A stretch of DNA of 64,000 nucleotides, taken from positions 1-64,000 of the IMG/VR virus record IMGVR_UViG_3300030330_006525. One strand, 5' to 3'. The notes under the pieces are model-generated. The model searched no databases. It worked only from the letters and a program-made list of their open reading frames with translations, and was not told the DNA's origin. Positions 36,975 to 45,520 of this stretch are shown in pieces (the first letter of the stretch is position 1; every line of letters starts with the position of its first letter). A program made the position numbers and the translations under genes. Source of the stretch: a virus. Taxonomy: Duplodnaviria; Caudoviricetes.

Positions 36975-37526
36975 TCAGGACTTTAGCTCAACTAGCTTTT
37001 GGAAGCCTATCTTTTTAATATCTTCACATTCAGATTGTGACATCTTTATTGCCAAAGTGTAATCAAATGCACTACAGTTCCTCATTGCCAAGGCATAATG
37101 TCTATAACTGTAGTGTCTATGGTTCTTAGACTTAAAGCCTGCAAGCAACCAATCATAGATATGATTTAGTATTTTTGAAGTTGTTTTTACGTGCTGGCAT
37201 TTCCAATTGCTGACAAAGGCCGCGTACCTAAAGTAAGGTTGGCTCAAACATCTATGGTTTAAGTTATCAAAATAAAACTGCTCTACTGTTTCTAACTCAT
37301 CCTTGTAGTGATTAGAGCCAATACTTGCCAGTTTAATCTTAAATGATCTACCTTCCCACAAGATGTCTCGCGCTGTCTTTGATATGTTTTGATTCTCTGC
37401 TAGATACATTCTGGCTGAGTAATTGCCATGGTTAGCAATCCATATTTGTGTAGCTTCTGGCAAAAACCTATTCTTTGCTAGGTTATTTAGCTCGACATTA
37501 TTCATCTTGTGGAGATGTTCTAACAA
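36975..37526 (-). CDS. hypothetical protein with helical repeat-like N-terminus
   Basis: LAKNRFLP..LAENQNI. Confidence 0.65.
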   Translation of the reverse strand: MLEHLHKMNNVELNNLAKNRFLPEATQIWIANHGNYSARMYLAENQNISKTARDILWEGRSFKIKLASIGSNHYKDELETVEQFYFDNLNHRCLSQPYFRYAAFVSNWKCQHVKTTSKILNHIYDWLLAGFKSKNHRHYSYRHYALAMRNCSAFDYTLAIKMSQSECEDIKKIGFQKLVELKS

Positions 37527-37719
37527 TTTAACTTCCTTATTCTTTCAAGAATATTTTTTAGGTGATTTTTCAATGCTTCAGAATGTTCTGATGCGCTCGC
37601 TTCCTCCATCTCTTCAATAATAATATCAAAGATTTTATTGCGCGTCAAGCGTTTTTTTTGATTATTTTCTCGAATTAATTTTGTGTCTTCGTCATATAAA
37701 CTGTATGGGTCTGTTTTCA

Positions 37720-37968
37720 TTATTTCCTCGCTGATATTACTTTTAACCATTTAGCTCTACAAGTTGTAGGTGCGCCGTCAATTATTACGACACAACTATA
37801 TTCATCCTTGTGTAAAGGGACACTATAATCGATAGATAAAGCATCATCTTCTTGTTGATATTGATTACTAGGTAAAGCATAAGGTATAATCTGTGAGACT
37901 AGACCAACTCTGTCACAAGTCTTATCACCTAGCATCATATTTTGAACAAGGTCACCCACCTTTATCAT
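37720..37968 (-). CDS. KVGDLV-family protein
   Basis: MIKVGDLV..VGLV..LKVIS. Confidence 0.7.
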   Translation of the reverse strand: MIKVGDLVQNMMLGDKTCDRVGLVSQIIPYALPSNQYQQEDDALSIDYSVPLHKDEYSCVVIIDGAPTTCRAKWLKVISARK

Positions 37969-38113
37969 TGTCTCTACCCTCGATAACTTGAATATCACTT
38001 TGCTTGTGATAGACCATTCCGTTAGGATACTTAACTAGTACAGTGAAATGCTTATCTTGCACCGAGACTAGATACCCTTCTCTTAAGGATTTTTTATGTA
38101 TTACTTTTTTCAT
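37952..38113 (-). CDS. 53-aa family-like protein (absent from ORF track)
   Basis: MKKVIHKKSLREGYLV..VLVKY..IQVIE; overlaps both neighbours. Confidence 0.55.
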   Translation of the reverse strand: MKKVIHKKSLREGYLVSVQDKHFTVLVKYPNGMVYHKQSDIQVIEGRDNDKGG

Positions 38114-38306
38114 CTCTTACCTTTGCTCTTCTTAAGTCTTTGCGAGGATGGCTGTATGCTAGATTCATTCTTATCCATTTTACCTTTACCCACTGAAGGT
38201 TACCATCGTTACCGGACAATACAATACCCAAGTCATCTTTAAAAGACGTTACTGTTTTTATTGAACGACCATACGCTGACAATTCAACTAAATCACCTGC
38301 TTTCAC
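38094..38306 (-). CDS. KVGDLV-family protein
   Basis: MKAGDLV..GIVL..VKW. Confidence 0.75.
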   Translation of the reverse strand: MKAGDLVELSAYGRSIKTVTSFKDDLGIVLSGNDGNLQWVKVKWIRMNLAYSHPRKDLRRAKVRDEKSNT

Positions 38307-38496
38307 TGATAACCTCCAGTGTTCTCTGTTCGTGCCATAGAATACTAGAGTGAGTAGTGTTCCATTTCACGCGAACATTTCTGTCATCTTTGTATCTCAG
38401 AGAACTAACCTCTATAATTACACCAAAGAATTTTTTGTGAACACGGTCAGATATAAATTGATTTTCTTTGTATCTGACAATATCACCAACTTTCAT
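38293..38496 (-). CDS. KVGDLV-family protein
   Basis: MKVGDIV..VKW..LEVISESR. Confidence 0.8.
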   Translation of the reverse strand: MKVGDIVRYKENQFISDRVHKKFFGVIIEVSSLRYKDDRNVRVKWNTTHSSILWHEQRTLEVISESR

Positions 38497-38687
38497 TTCT
38501 TTCTCCCATAATATAAACTACCAAAGAACAAGATATCAGCTACAACACCATAGATAAGTGGTGCATCCAACATATGCTGAGTTATAGTGAACATGCGTAT
38601 GCCAATAATCCAATAGCTGTCAATATCGCTGGTGTTGTGAAGAAAAGCACCACTTTCTCTACTCTTTTTAAATCTTCTGCGAACTCT

Positions 38688-38885
38688 TTATTTTTCACTA
38701 ACAACCTCCAATCTATCTCTAAGTGACCAGAACGTTCCATACTCACCCCAGTTTACCTTATACGAATCTAAGGTCGAATCACTTACAGGATGGTACGCTA
38801 TGATAATACCAATGATATCATTAAGATATGGAACTTTGTAAGGATTGGTTTTCTTGACTATGCTTCCTAATTTTATTCTCTTCAT
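38688..38885 (-). CDS. KVGDLV-family protein
   Basis: KLGSIV..GIII..VNW..LEVVSE. Confidence 0.7.
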   Translation of the reverse strand: MKRIKLGSIVKKTNPYKVPYLNDIIGIIIAYHPVSDSTLDSYKVNWGEYGTFWSLRDRLEVVSEK

Positions 38886-39801
38886 TGATAATCTTTCTGT
38901 ATTTTAATAGGGCCAGTTCTTTTTTCTTACATTCTAGCATCATATCGTAACGATGTCCATAGTTTTTTACAGGATTTTGCAAAAAATCTGAATGTGCTTG
39001 TGGTCTGATTTTCTCATCGTCTTGTTCCTTGGCTCTCGATTCTGACAAGTGTACCACCGGAGTGATACCATCGGGCCACGTAGAAACAGCTAGAGTTAGC
39101 GCTTCCTCTTCGCTTTGGTCACCAGTGCAAAAACGGTGGTGATGATAATCAAATACAATTGGCACACCAACCTCTTTGTAAATATAGTTGTAAAGATGCT
39201 TTGTAGACCACATGCTGGGTTTGTCGTCATTCTCAAGTGTAATTCTTTTCTGACAACCTATGCTTAGTCTCTTAAACGCTTCGCACCATCTCTTGGCTGT
39301 TCCTTCAAAGTCTCCACCATATGTACCGCCAACGTGAATGTTGATTTTGTTGTAGTGACTTGGAACAAAACCCATCATATCAAATATCTGAGAGTGTGAG
39401 TTAAGCTCTTTGATAGCTTTGTCTACTACGCTTTCTTTTGGAGAACCAAGCACATTGAAAGGCCCAGGGTGAAATGTCACCCTGTGACCATTCTTTGTTG
39501 CATAATCACCAGCACGCTTCAGAGCCCTGACTATCTCTTGATAGTCTGGCAAGTCTTCAATATTGTATTCAGACATCCATGGAAAGATATCAGAAGACAT
39601 ACGATAGAACTTAATACCATTCTTTTCATTCCAGACTAGAATCTTGAATAAGTCTCTAGCATTCTGTAATGAAAGCTCTGAAGCATACTTCAAGCCTTTG
39701 GCTTGAAAAGTCTTCTTAATCATAGAGCGATTAGTTGTGACACGCTTTGACTTTGGAACATCAGATAGTGTCATGTTAATACAAGCATAGCCAAGTTTCA
39801 T
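38821..39801 (-). CDS. uvsE: UV-damage endonuclease
   Basis: LGYACIN, FYRMSSDIFP, HPG, ENDD, DYHHH, HSD, MLECK. Confidence 0.93.
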   Translation of the reverse strand: MKLGYACINMTLSDVPKSKRVTTNRSMIKKTFQAKGLKYASELSLQNARDLFKILVWNEKNGIKFYRMSSDIFPWMSEYNIEDLPDYQEIVRALKRAGDYATKNGHRVTFHPGPFNVLGSPKESVVDKAIKELNSHSQIFDMMGFVPSHYNKINIHVGGTYGGDFEGTAKRWCEAFKRLSIGCQKRITLENDDKPSMWSTKHLYNYIYKEVGVPIVFDYHHHRFCTGDQSEEEALTLAVSTWPDGITPVVHLSESRAKEQDDEKIRPQAHSDFLQNPVKNYGHRYDMMLECKKKELALLKYRKIINEENKIRKHSQENQSLQSSIS

Positions 39802-40007
39802 TATTCAGTCTTACCTTCACTAACTACTTCAAATTCTTTAGGTGAATACATCTGAGGACTACGATTAGGATACATAACCTCAATCAGCGGGCCGGCCAGA
39901 AAAAGGCCAGGCGCAATAGCTCTAGGGTTTGTTACAATTGCGATAGTATTCTGTTGGTATGGGTCTATCCTACCCCAGCGCTTTACTACTAAATCTCCAG
40001 CTTTCAT
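39801..40007 (-). CDS. KVGDLV-family protein
   Basis: MKAGDLV..FEVVSE. Confidence 0.7.
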   Translation of the reverse strand: MKAGDLVVKRWGRIDPYQQNTIAIVTNPRAIAPGLFLAGPLIEVMYPNRSPQMYSPKEFEVVSEGKTE

Positions 40008-40008
40008 C

Positions 40009-40338
40009 TCAATCCTTATTTGTGTGTGGTTTTAATTTCTTGACGAATTTAAGATCTTCTCTGATAAAGTATCGGTCCCAATACTTTCTACCTGCAGGAC
40101 CTTTACCGCCAAGCCAGCTGACAGTGTATTGGTTGTAATATACTTGCTCTTCTGTTCCGCCGTTTGGTCCAGTCCAAGTATATTTCCACTTGTAGTCTTT
40201 TTTAATCTTAACAATCATTCCTACCAACGGTGGTCTGCCTTTCATAGGACCCCATCGATATAGGTTAGTCATTTTTGTTGCCCTGGATGAAAATGTAACC
40301 AAGTCGCCCTTCTTTAGTTCTCGTTTCTTTCTAGCCAT
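40009..40338 (-). CDS. KVGDLV-family protein (extended)
   Basis: KKGDLV..GMIV..VSW..DLKFV. Confidence 0.7.
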   Translation of the reverse strand: MARKKRELKKGDLVTFSSRATKMTNLYRWGPMKGRPPLVGMIVKIKKDYKWKYTWTGPNGGTEEQVYYNQYTVSWLGGKGPAGRKYWDRYFIREDLKFVKKLKPHTNKD

Positions 40339-40552
40339 TTTGAATGCTCCCTAAGCATCATTAATTATTGTATAGAAATAATAGCACTACTTTTTTTTGA
40401 TGTCAACATTTTTTTGAGAATTTTTTGGGTTTTTTCTCTCGATAGAAATTGCGGCCCTCTGTATCTCATCGACTAGTCCATCGGTCAAGCTAGTGTGTGT
40501 ACCGTTTAGATGTTTTGATAGTTTTAAGATTAAGGCTTCAGTCTTAGTTAAA

Positions 40553-41008
40553 TTAACTGTCATCGCTTAACCACATTGAATCATAATAGTCAAAACCCCA
40601 TGGGTCATCAGGCTCGTCCATAGTATCATAAGCACTGCTTTTATATCCAGGCTTGCTAGAATCAAAAGCCATACTCATTTGTTTTAAGCCTTTTTGAGTT
40701 TTTTTTTCTGGGCGTTTTGTCTTGCCTAGCAGCTTATTCTTTAACTTCAGCTTTCTCTCATGGTTTTCAATTATAGATACAGCAGTGACTACAAACTGGT
40801 TAGGGTCACCGCCTTGATAAACTCTAACCTTCTCTCCATCATCAAGTGTTAACACTGGGTCTCCAACACGGACATCCCTGTGAGTAACTAAGTCCATTGG
40901 AGATATCTGGATTTTGCTATCTTCTACTGTAAATTTGCCATTTGAGCAGCAATGCGCTCTAAGTCTTTCGCCATTGTGTAAAAATGAAATGCTTTTAATC
41001 TTTTTCAT
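40553..41008 (-). CDS. hypothetical protein
   Basis: 151 aa. Confidence 0.6.
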   Translation of the reverse strand: MKKIKSISFLHNGERLRAHCCSNGKFTVEDSKIQISPMDLVTHRDVRVGDPVLTLDDGEKVRVYQGGDPNQFVVTAVSIIENHERKLKLKNKLLGKTKRPEKKTQKGLKQMSMAFDSSKPGYKSSAYDTMDEPDDPWGFDYYDSMWLSDDS

Positions 41009-41237
41009 AGTCTTTTAAATTCCTTAACATATCTTCTGGATAGTTTATTGTTCCTCTTTTCTCGGAAACATACACCGTCCACCAAGCGATATCAAACGAT
41101 TCAGGTGCTATCTTTTTAATTAGAATTCCTTTCTCAGAAAAGGGAAGACATTTTTCATAAAAAAAGCTGCCTTTCCTTAGACAGCTCTCACTTTTATCTG
41201 GTGTAACTACAACGTAGTCTCCAGGTTTAAAGCTCAT
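40995..41237 (-). CDS. KVGDLV-family protein
   Basis: FKPGDYV..KGIL. Confidence 0.65.
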   Translation of the reverse strand: MSFKPGDYVVVTPDKSESCLRKGSFFYEKCLPFSEKGILIKKIAPESFDIAWWTVYVSEKRGTINYPEDMLRNLKDYEKD

Positions 41238-41419
41238 GGGTTGACTTTCTTTACACCAGAAAGCGTAGTAACCACTTGTTTACTCTTCCTGCTTGAAAGA
41301 ACAGTGATTAACTTATCGTCTTCAAATATACTTGATTCACTGATATCAATAACAATTCCAACATCAACAGTATCACCTTTGCCAATTGCGTTTTGGACTA
41401 GATCTCCAACCTTAATCAT
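41234..41419 (-). CDS. KVGDLV-family protein
   Basis: MIKVGDLV..VGIV. Confidence 0.7.
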   Translation of the reverse strand: MIKVGDLVQNAIGKGDTVDVGIVIDISESSIFEDDKLITVLSSRKSKQVVTTLSGVKKVNP

Positions 41420-41732
41420 CTTGAATATTCCTGTTCGTGGGTAGAGTATATTCTAACTCTTTGATTCTTGAAATAAATTCCTTGTTTGCTTCCGGTATAA
41501 CATCAGTGAACACTTTAAGGATATCAAGAGATGGTTCACAGTATTCACCAATATCAGAAACATAGACAATACACTTACCAAAACTAGTTTTTTCTTTTAT
41601 AATAATTCCAGACTTTCCTTTAACATTGTGGCCCCAAACTTGATAATCTTGTAGAAAGAGAACTTCATGGCCGCGTTTTAATTCATTTTCTTCAGGCAAA
41701 ATAATTTCCTCAATTTTTAAAGCAGCGCCCAT
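41412..41732 (-). CDS. hypothetical protein (family-like, start corrected)
   Basis: GAGGAG RBS before MGAALK. Confidence 0.6.
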   Translation of the reverse strand: MGAALKIEEIILPEENELKRGHEVLFLQDYQVWGHNVKGKSGIIIKEKTSFGKCIVYVSDIGEYCEPSLDILKVFTDVIPEANKEFISRIKELEYTLPTNRNIQDD

Positions 41733-41733
41733 C

Positions 41734-42030
41734 TTAGCTCCTCTCTTCAAGTTTAAGCTCTTTATTTTGAGTGAGCAAACCAGCAAGAACCTGACAAAGA
41801 GTGAGCCTATCAATCTCATTTCCCATCATAAGAGATTGACAATTATCTACAATTTCATCTCTCATTAATATAAATATCTTTTCATAAAGGTTTTCTGCTT
41901 CACTGAATTGTTTTTTATTTAGATTGTCTACTCTATGGCCTCTCATCTCTTCGTCGTCAGATTTCCAACTGTAACCAACTAAAGTTCTATCCCAATTTTC
42001 ACGCTTCAGCCGCATAAGACTGTACTCCAT
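41734..42030 (-). CDS. hypothetical protein
   Basis: 98 aa. Confidence 0.6.
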   Translation of the reverse strand: MEYSLMRLKRENWDRTLVGYSWKSDDEEMRGHRVDNLNKKQFSEAENLYEKIFILMRDEIVDNCQSLMMGNEIDRLTLCQVLAGLLTQNKELKLEERS

Positions 42031-42199
42031 TTGCTACTTCAAGTAAGGCATCTGATAAATCATACGCTGAATTTACTTCTATGTCAAGTCTTTTTCCTCC
42101 AATTGTTAAAATAATTGCGCCGTGATATTCTTCTACTTCAACTAAAAGTATATCACCACCAAGAGTTTCGATGTTAAGTGCTTTTTTGTTGGAAAACAT
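41999..42199 (-). CDS. hypothetical protein
   Basis: Behind promoter TTGACG-17-TATTAT (42225-42253). Confidence 0.6.
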   Translation of the reverse strand: MFSNKKALNIETLGGDILLVEVEEYHGAIILTIGGKRLDIEVNSAYDLSDALLEVANGVQSYAAEA

Positions 42200-42448
42200 T
42201 TCCTTCCTTTCATTTTATATTCTTATAATATCAAAGATTTTTTTGTACGTCAAGAAAAAATATGGATTTTTTATTTGTTATTTATGTTAGAATTATATTG
42301 GTCTTCATATTCAACCACGTCATCAGCATTGACTGTGACACTACCAATAGGTTTCTGTAAAATAAAAACACCTTGGTCTCCGTTAACTTTTATACATTGA
42401 CCAAGGCATTTATATTTTTCAATCCAGAACATCTTATTGGGCTTTAGC

Positions 42449-42889
42449 TCAATTGCTCTCTTCATTAATATCGACAACCTCAATGTTAAAAGTTAAGTCT
42501 TGTCCTGCCATAGGATGGTTGAAATCTAGTTCAACTGTACTTTCTTGCTCACTAATAATTCTTGCCAAGAGAGGTCTACCATCTTGCTCGCCTTGAATCA
42601 TAGCTCCAACCTCAAAAGTAAAACCATCTGGAAACATCTCTTTTGAAACCTCATGAATAGCTTCCTGGGTACGTTCACCATAGGCGTCTTCTGGTGTAAG
42701 AGTAAACTCTTTGGCTTCACCCACGGTCATTCCCACAACGTTTTTCTCAAAACCAGGAATCATTTGTCCGGAACCAACTGTAAACTGAATTGGCTCTCCT
42801 CTATCATATGAACTGTCAAACTGACTACCGTCATTCAAAGTTCCCTTGTAGTGTACACTTACTATGTTTCCGTTCGTTACTTTACTCAT
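42449..42889 (-). CDS. FKBP-type peptidyl-prolyl isomerase (SlyD/FkpB-like)
   Basis: VSVHYKG..FDSS..GQMIPGFE..AYG..DFNHPMAG. Confidence 0.93.
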   Translation of the reverse strand: MSKVTNGNIVSVHYKGTLNDGSQFDSSYDRGEPIQFTVGSGQMIPGFEKNVVGMTVGEAKEFTLTPEDAYGERTQEAIHEVSKEMFPDGFTFEVGAMIQGEQDGRPLLARIISEQESTVELDFNHPMAGQDLTFNIEVVDINEESN

Positions 42890-42967
42890 TATTAAATCTC
42901 CTTTGTTTTGAGTATGTAAAATTATACCTCACTTAGAGGCAAATGTAAACCTTTTTATCTGCAATGT

Positions 42968-43522
42968 TTATCTATTTCGCCATATCCCCACAATTTTATT
43001 GTAGTGTTCATAACAAAGAGGCTCATATTCTTCAGCCCCTCCAACTTCTATTTGTCTTTGACTCTCCGACTTTCTTCTTGTATAAAAAGCATCAGCATCA
43101 CACATTGAACAGACTGCTGGACATATCTCAATGTTTGTTGCATAAGGCAGCAAGTCTTTTATTTCAGGTAATGGCTTAGGCTCTGATGACAATTGCAAAC
43201 TTGATACCAGTATTGTTCTGTTATTCGCGAACATACTAAGTAACGCCTTCGCTGAATATTGAATCATGAACACTTCATCAACCGCTATAACTTGAGCATC
43301 TTCAGCATTTTCTAAAATATCAATACCTGAATTAACCAGTATAGCTTCGTGTAATTGTCCTGTATGCGTAACCACATTCTGTTTTGAATATCTATTATCA
43401 ATCCTTGGTTTGAATAGCTTCACTTTCTTGTTCTGGTATTTGTATCTTTCTAGTGCAGCTAACAACTTAGTTGTCTTACCGCCAAACATTGGTCCGGTAA
43501 ATATCTTTAGCTCAGCCTTCAT
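42968..43522 (-). CDS. tdk: thymidine kinase
   Basis: GPMFGGKT, KPRIDNRY, VDE, CSMC..YEPLC. Confidence 0.93.
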   Translation of the reverse strand: MKAELKIFTGPMFGGKTTKLLAALERYKYQNKKVKLFKPRIDNRYSKQNVVTHTGQLHEAILVNSGIDILENAEDAQVIAVDEVFMIQYSAKALLSMFANNRTILVSSLQLSSEPKPLPEIKDLLPYATNIEICPAVCSMCDADAFYTRRKSESQRQIEVGGAEEYEPLCYEHYNKIVGIWRNR

Positions 43523-43666
43523 ACTGAAAAAGTTTCCTTCATTATTTCCTTAACTATGAGGTTCGTCAGTCTGTTTATATCTTCTTCCATCATAAAAGAA
43601 GCATGCTGTCTTAGTATCTTTTCGACGGCCTTGTGTATTTTCTGTCTCATTTTTCATCTCCAGAAT

Positions 43667-43743
43667 TGGTCCACCCCCAGGGAATTGAACCCTGCTTTAG
43701 GACGCTTATAAGACGCCCCCTAACCACCAGCCAGCCGAGGTGG
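43667..43743 (-). tRNA. tRNA-Ile(TAT) with atypical D-arm
   Basis: Acceptor CCACCTC/GGGGTGG-ACCA; anticodon loop CTTATAA; T-arm CAGGG-TTCAATT-CCCTG. Confidence 0.75.
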
Positions 43744-43748
43744 AGAAG

Positions 43749-43821
43749 AGCCCGCGATAGGACTTGAACCTACAACCTATTGATTACAAATCAATTGCTC
43801 TACCAATTGAGCTACACGGGC
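43749..43821 (-). tRNA. tRNA-Thr(TGT)
   Basis: Canonical cloverleaf, TTTGTAA loop. Confidence 0.93.
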
Positions 43822-43876
43822 GATTTTGTTATATTATTTATAGCATTTATTTTTCAAGAATGCAAGAGAAAAAATA

Positions 43877-44308
43877 CTATTTTTCAAAAATTATTATGCA
43901 TCCAGGGTTTGCCGGATCATCTTCCGGACGATAATCATATTCAATTGAGATTTTTCTAACAATATCTTTCATGCGATTAGAACTACCTGTGATTATTCTT
44001 GTTGGTATCTCAGCCCAATTTAAATACTGTCTTACTTTTTCTGGAGCGTCAACGTGTTTTGTTCCATGCAAGTCTAACCTCCTACCTTTCTTCTTTTTTC
44101 TTCTATGTTTCAATGATGAATACCCTAAGTCTAATCTGCCTTTATCTATACTCTCCCATAACTTACTGGTTCTAATCCTTAGATTCCCCATACTATCTAA
44201 CGTATAATAAGTAAATTGAGATGTCTTTCTTGTTACAATGCCAACTAATCTCATTGGTTTGTTTATTATAATGTCACCAGCTTTTATTTTATATTCATAC
44301 TTCAGCAA
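43877..44308 (-). CDS. KAGDI-type N-domain fused to an Smr-like C-domain
   Basis: RLDLHG..IITG..NPG Smr signature. Confidence 0.7.
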   Translation of the reverse strand: MLKYEYKIKAGDIIINKPMRLVGIVTRKTSQFTYYTLDSMGNLRIRTSKLWESIDKGRLDLGYSSLKHRRKKKKGRRLDLHGTKHVDAPEKVRQYLNWAEIPTRIITGSSNRMKDIVRKISIEYDYRPEDDPANPGCIIIFEK

Positions 44309-44477
44309 TTATCCAATCTCCATTTTCTTCAACTAGCCTTAAATTATAAAAGTGGTCAATAGTTTCAAAGCCGGATTGCCACCAAATTTTATAAGTATAG
44401 CCCTCTGCCTCTCTGACAAGTATTCCAACTCCCCAATGACTAAAACTTTTATGAAATACTAAATCACCAACTTTCAT
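44295..44477 (-). CDS. KVGDLV-family protein
   Basis: MKVGDLV..GVGIL..IWW..LRLV. Confidence 0.75.
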   Translation of the reverse strand: MKVGDLVFHKSFSHWGVGILVREAEGYTYKIWWQSGFETIDHFYNLRLVEENGDWIIAEV

Positions 44478-44500
44478 TATACAAGAAACCTCTTGTAATG

Positions 44501-44764
44501 TCAAGAGGAATATTTTCTAAGCCAATTAATTCCTATCCAACCTATTCTATCATTCTTGAATCGTTTGTCTTTTCTAAACCTATACTTAAAGAAGTATTTG
44601 TTTTTAACTCCTGGTAGCATACAAACCAATACTTTAGACTTTCTTGTTAAAGGGTCTGGCTCCCCATCTATCTCTAGAACTAAAGCTGCCCATTCGCTAT
44701 CTGGGTATAATATATGCCTGACTAAATCTCCAACAGATAGTTTATCTGGCTTGAATAATTTCAC
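44501..44764 (-). CDS. KVGDLV-family protein
   Basis: LSVGDLVRH. Confidence 0.65.
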   Translation of the reverse strand: MKLFKPDKLSVGDLVRHILYPDSEWAALVLEIDGEPDPLTRKSKVLVCMLPGVKNKYFFKYRFRKDKRFKNDRIGWIGINWLRKYSS

Positions 44765-44932
44765 CTTTTTGTTTGTCTATATCTTTTTGAGCTATATGCG
44801 AGACAATACCAAAAGCTATCAATGCTGCAGCCCATAATATACAAACAGTAACTATGAAACGATTATCCTGCAATTCCTAACCTGCTCATATAGATTAATA
44901 CTCCTGTTATAATTAATGCTAAAATATGTAAT

Positions 44933-45520
44933 TTAATGTTCTGCATTAAAATTATTAATCTCCACCAATGCTGCTAAGTCGTACTTATACTTTGTAGACA
45001 AGTCACCTCTTCTTCTTTTGTTTGCATCTTCAACACACTTTAGTATATGAAAATAAGACTTTTCTAAGTTTATAAAGAATTCTACACCAGACAACAAAGA
45101 AATAAAAGATGCTCTGATATAAGAACGGTCAATACTTCTTACAGGAATTATTACATTGTTCTTGTTTTTAAATTCCATTAAAACTTCTGCTACAGCATCA
45201 GTACCTTTCTTTGTCTTCTTAAAGTCTGGTAAGACTGAAAACCCTACCAATGCAATATTATTAAGGGAAGAGTAATCTTTTGAATATTTCTCTAGCAAAG
45301 GTTTTGAGAAAGCATGAATAGCACCTTTTTTACTTTCTCCCTCTAAAACAAAACTGTCTGCGTTATCTGTCATATCGACAGCAACGTATGTAATATTTTC
45401 TTTAAAGTTTTCTTTGATGTCTATGCTTTGAATTGAGAATGTAATCTTATCATCCTTCAAATACTTTTTCATCGTATTCTCAACGGATACTCTTTTGTGT
45501 TCACCTGGTGTACGAGACAC
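44933..45520 (-). CDS. hypothetical protein
   Basis: 195 aa. Confidence 0.7.
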   Translation of the reverse strand: MSRTPGEHKRVSVENTMKKYLKDDKITFSIQSIDIKENFKENITYVAVDMTDNADSFVLEGESKKGAIHAFSKPLLEKYSKDYSSLNNIALVGFSVLPDFKKTKKGTDAVAEVLMEFKNKNNVIIPVRSIDRSYIRASFISLLSGVEFFINLEKSYFHILKCVEDANKRRRGDLSTKYKYDLAALVEINNFNAEH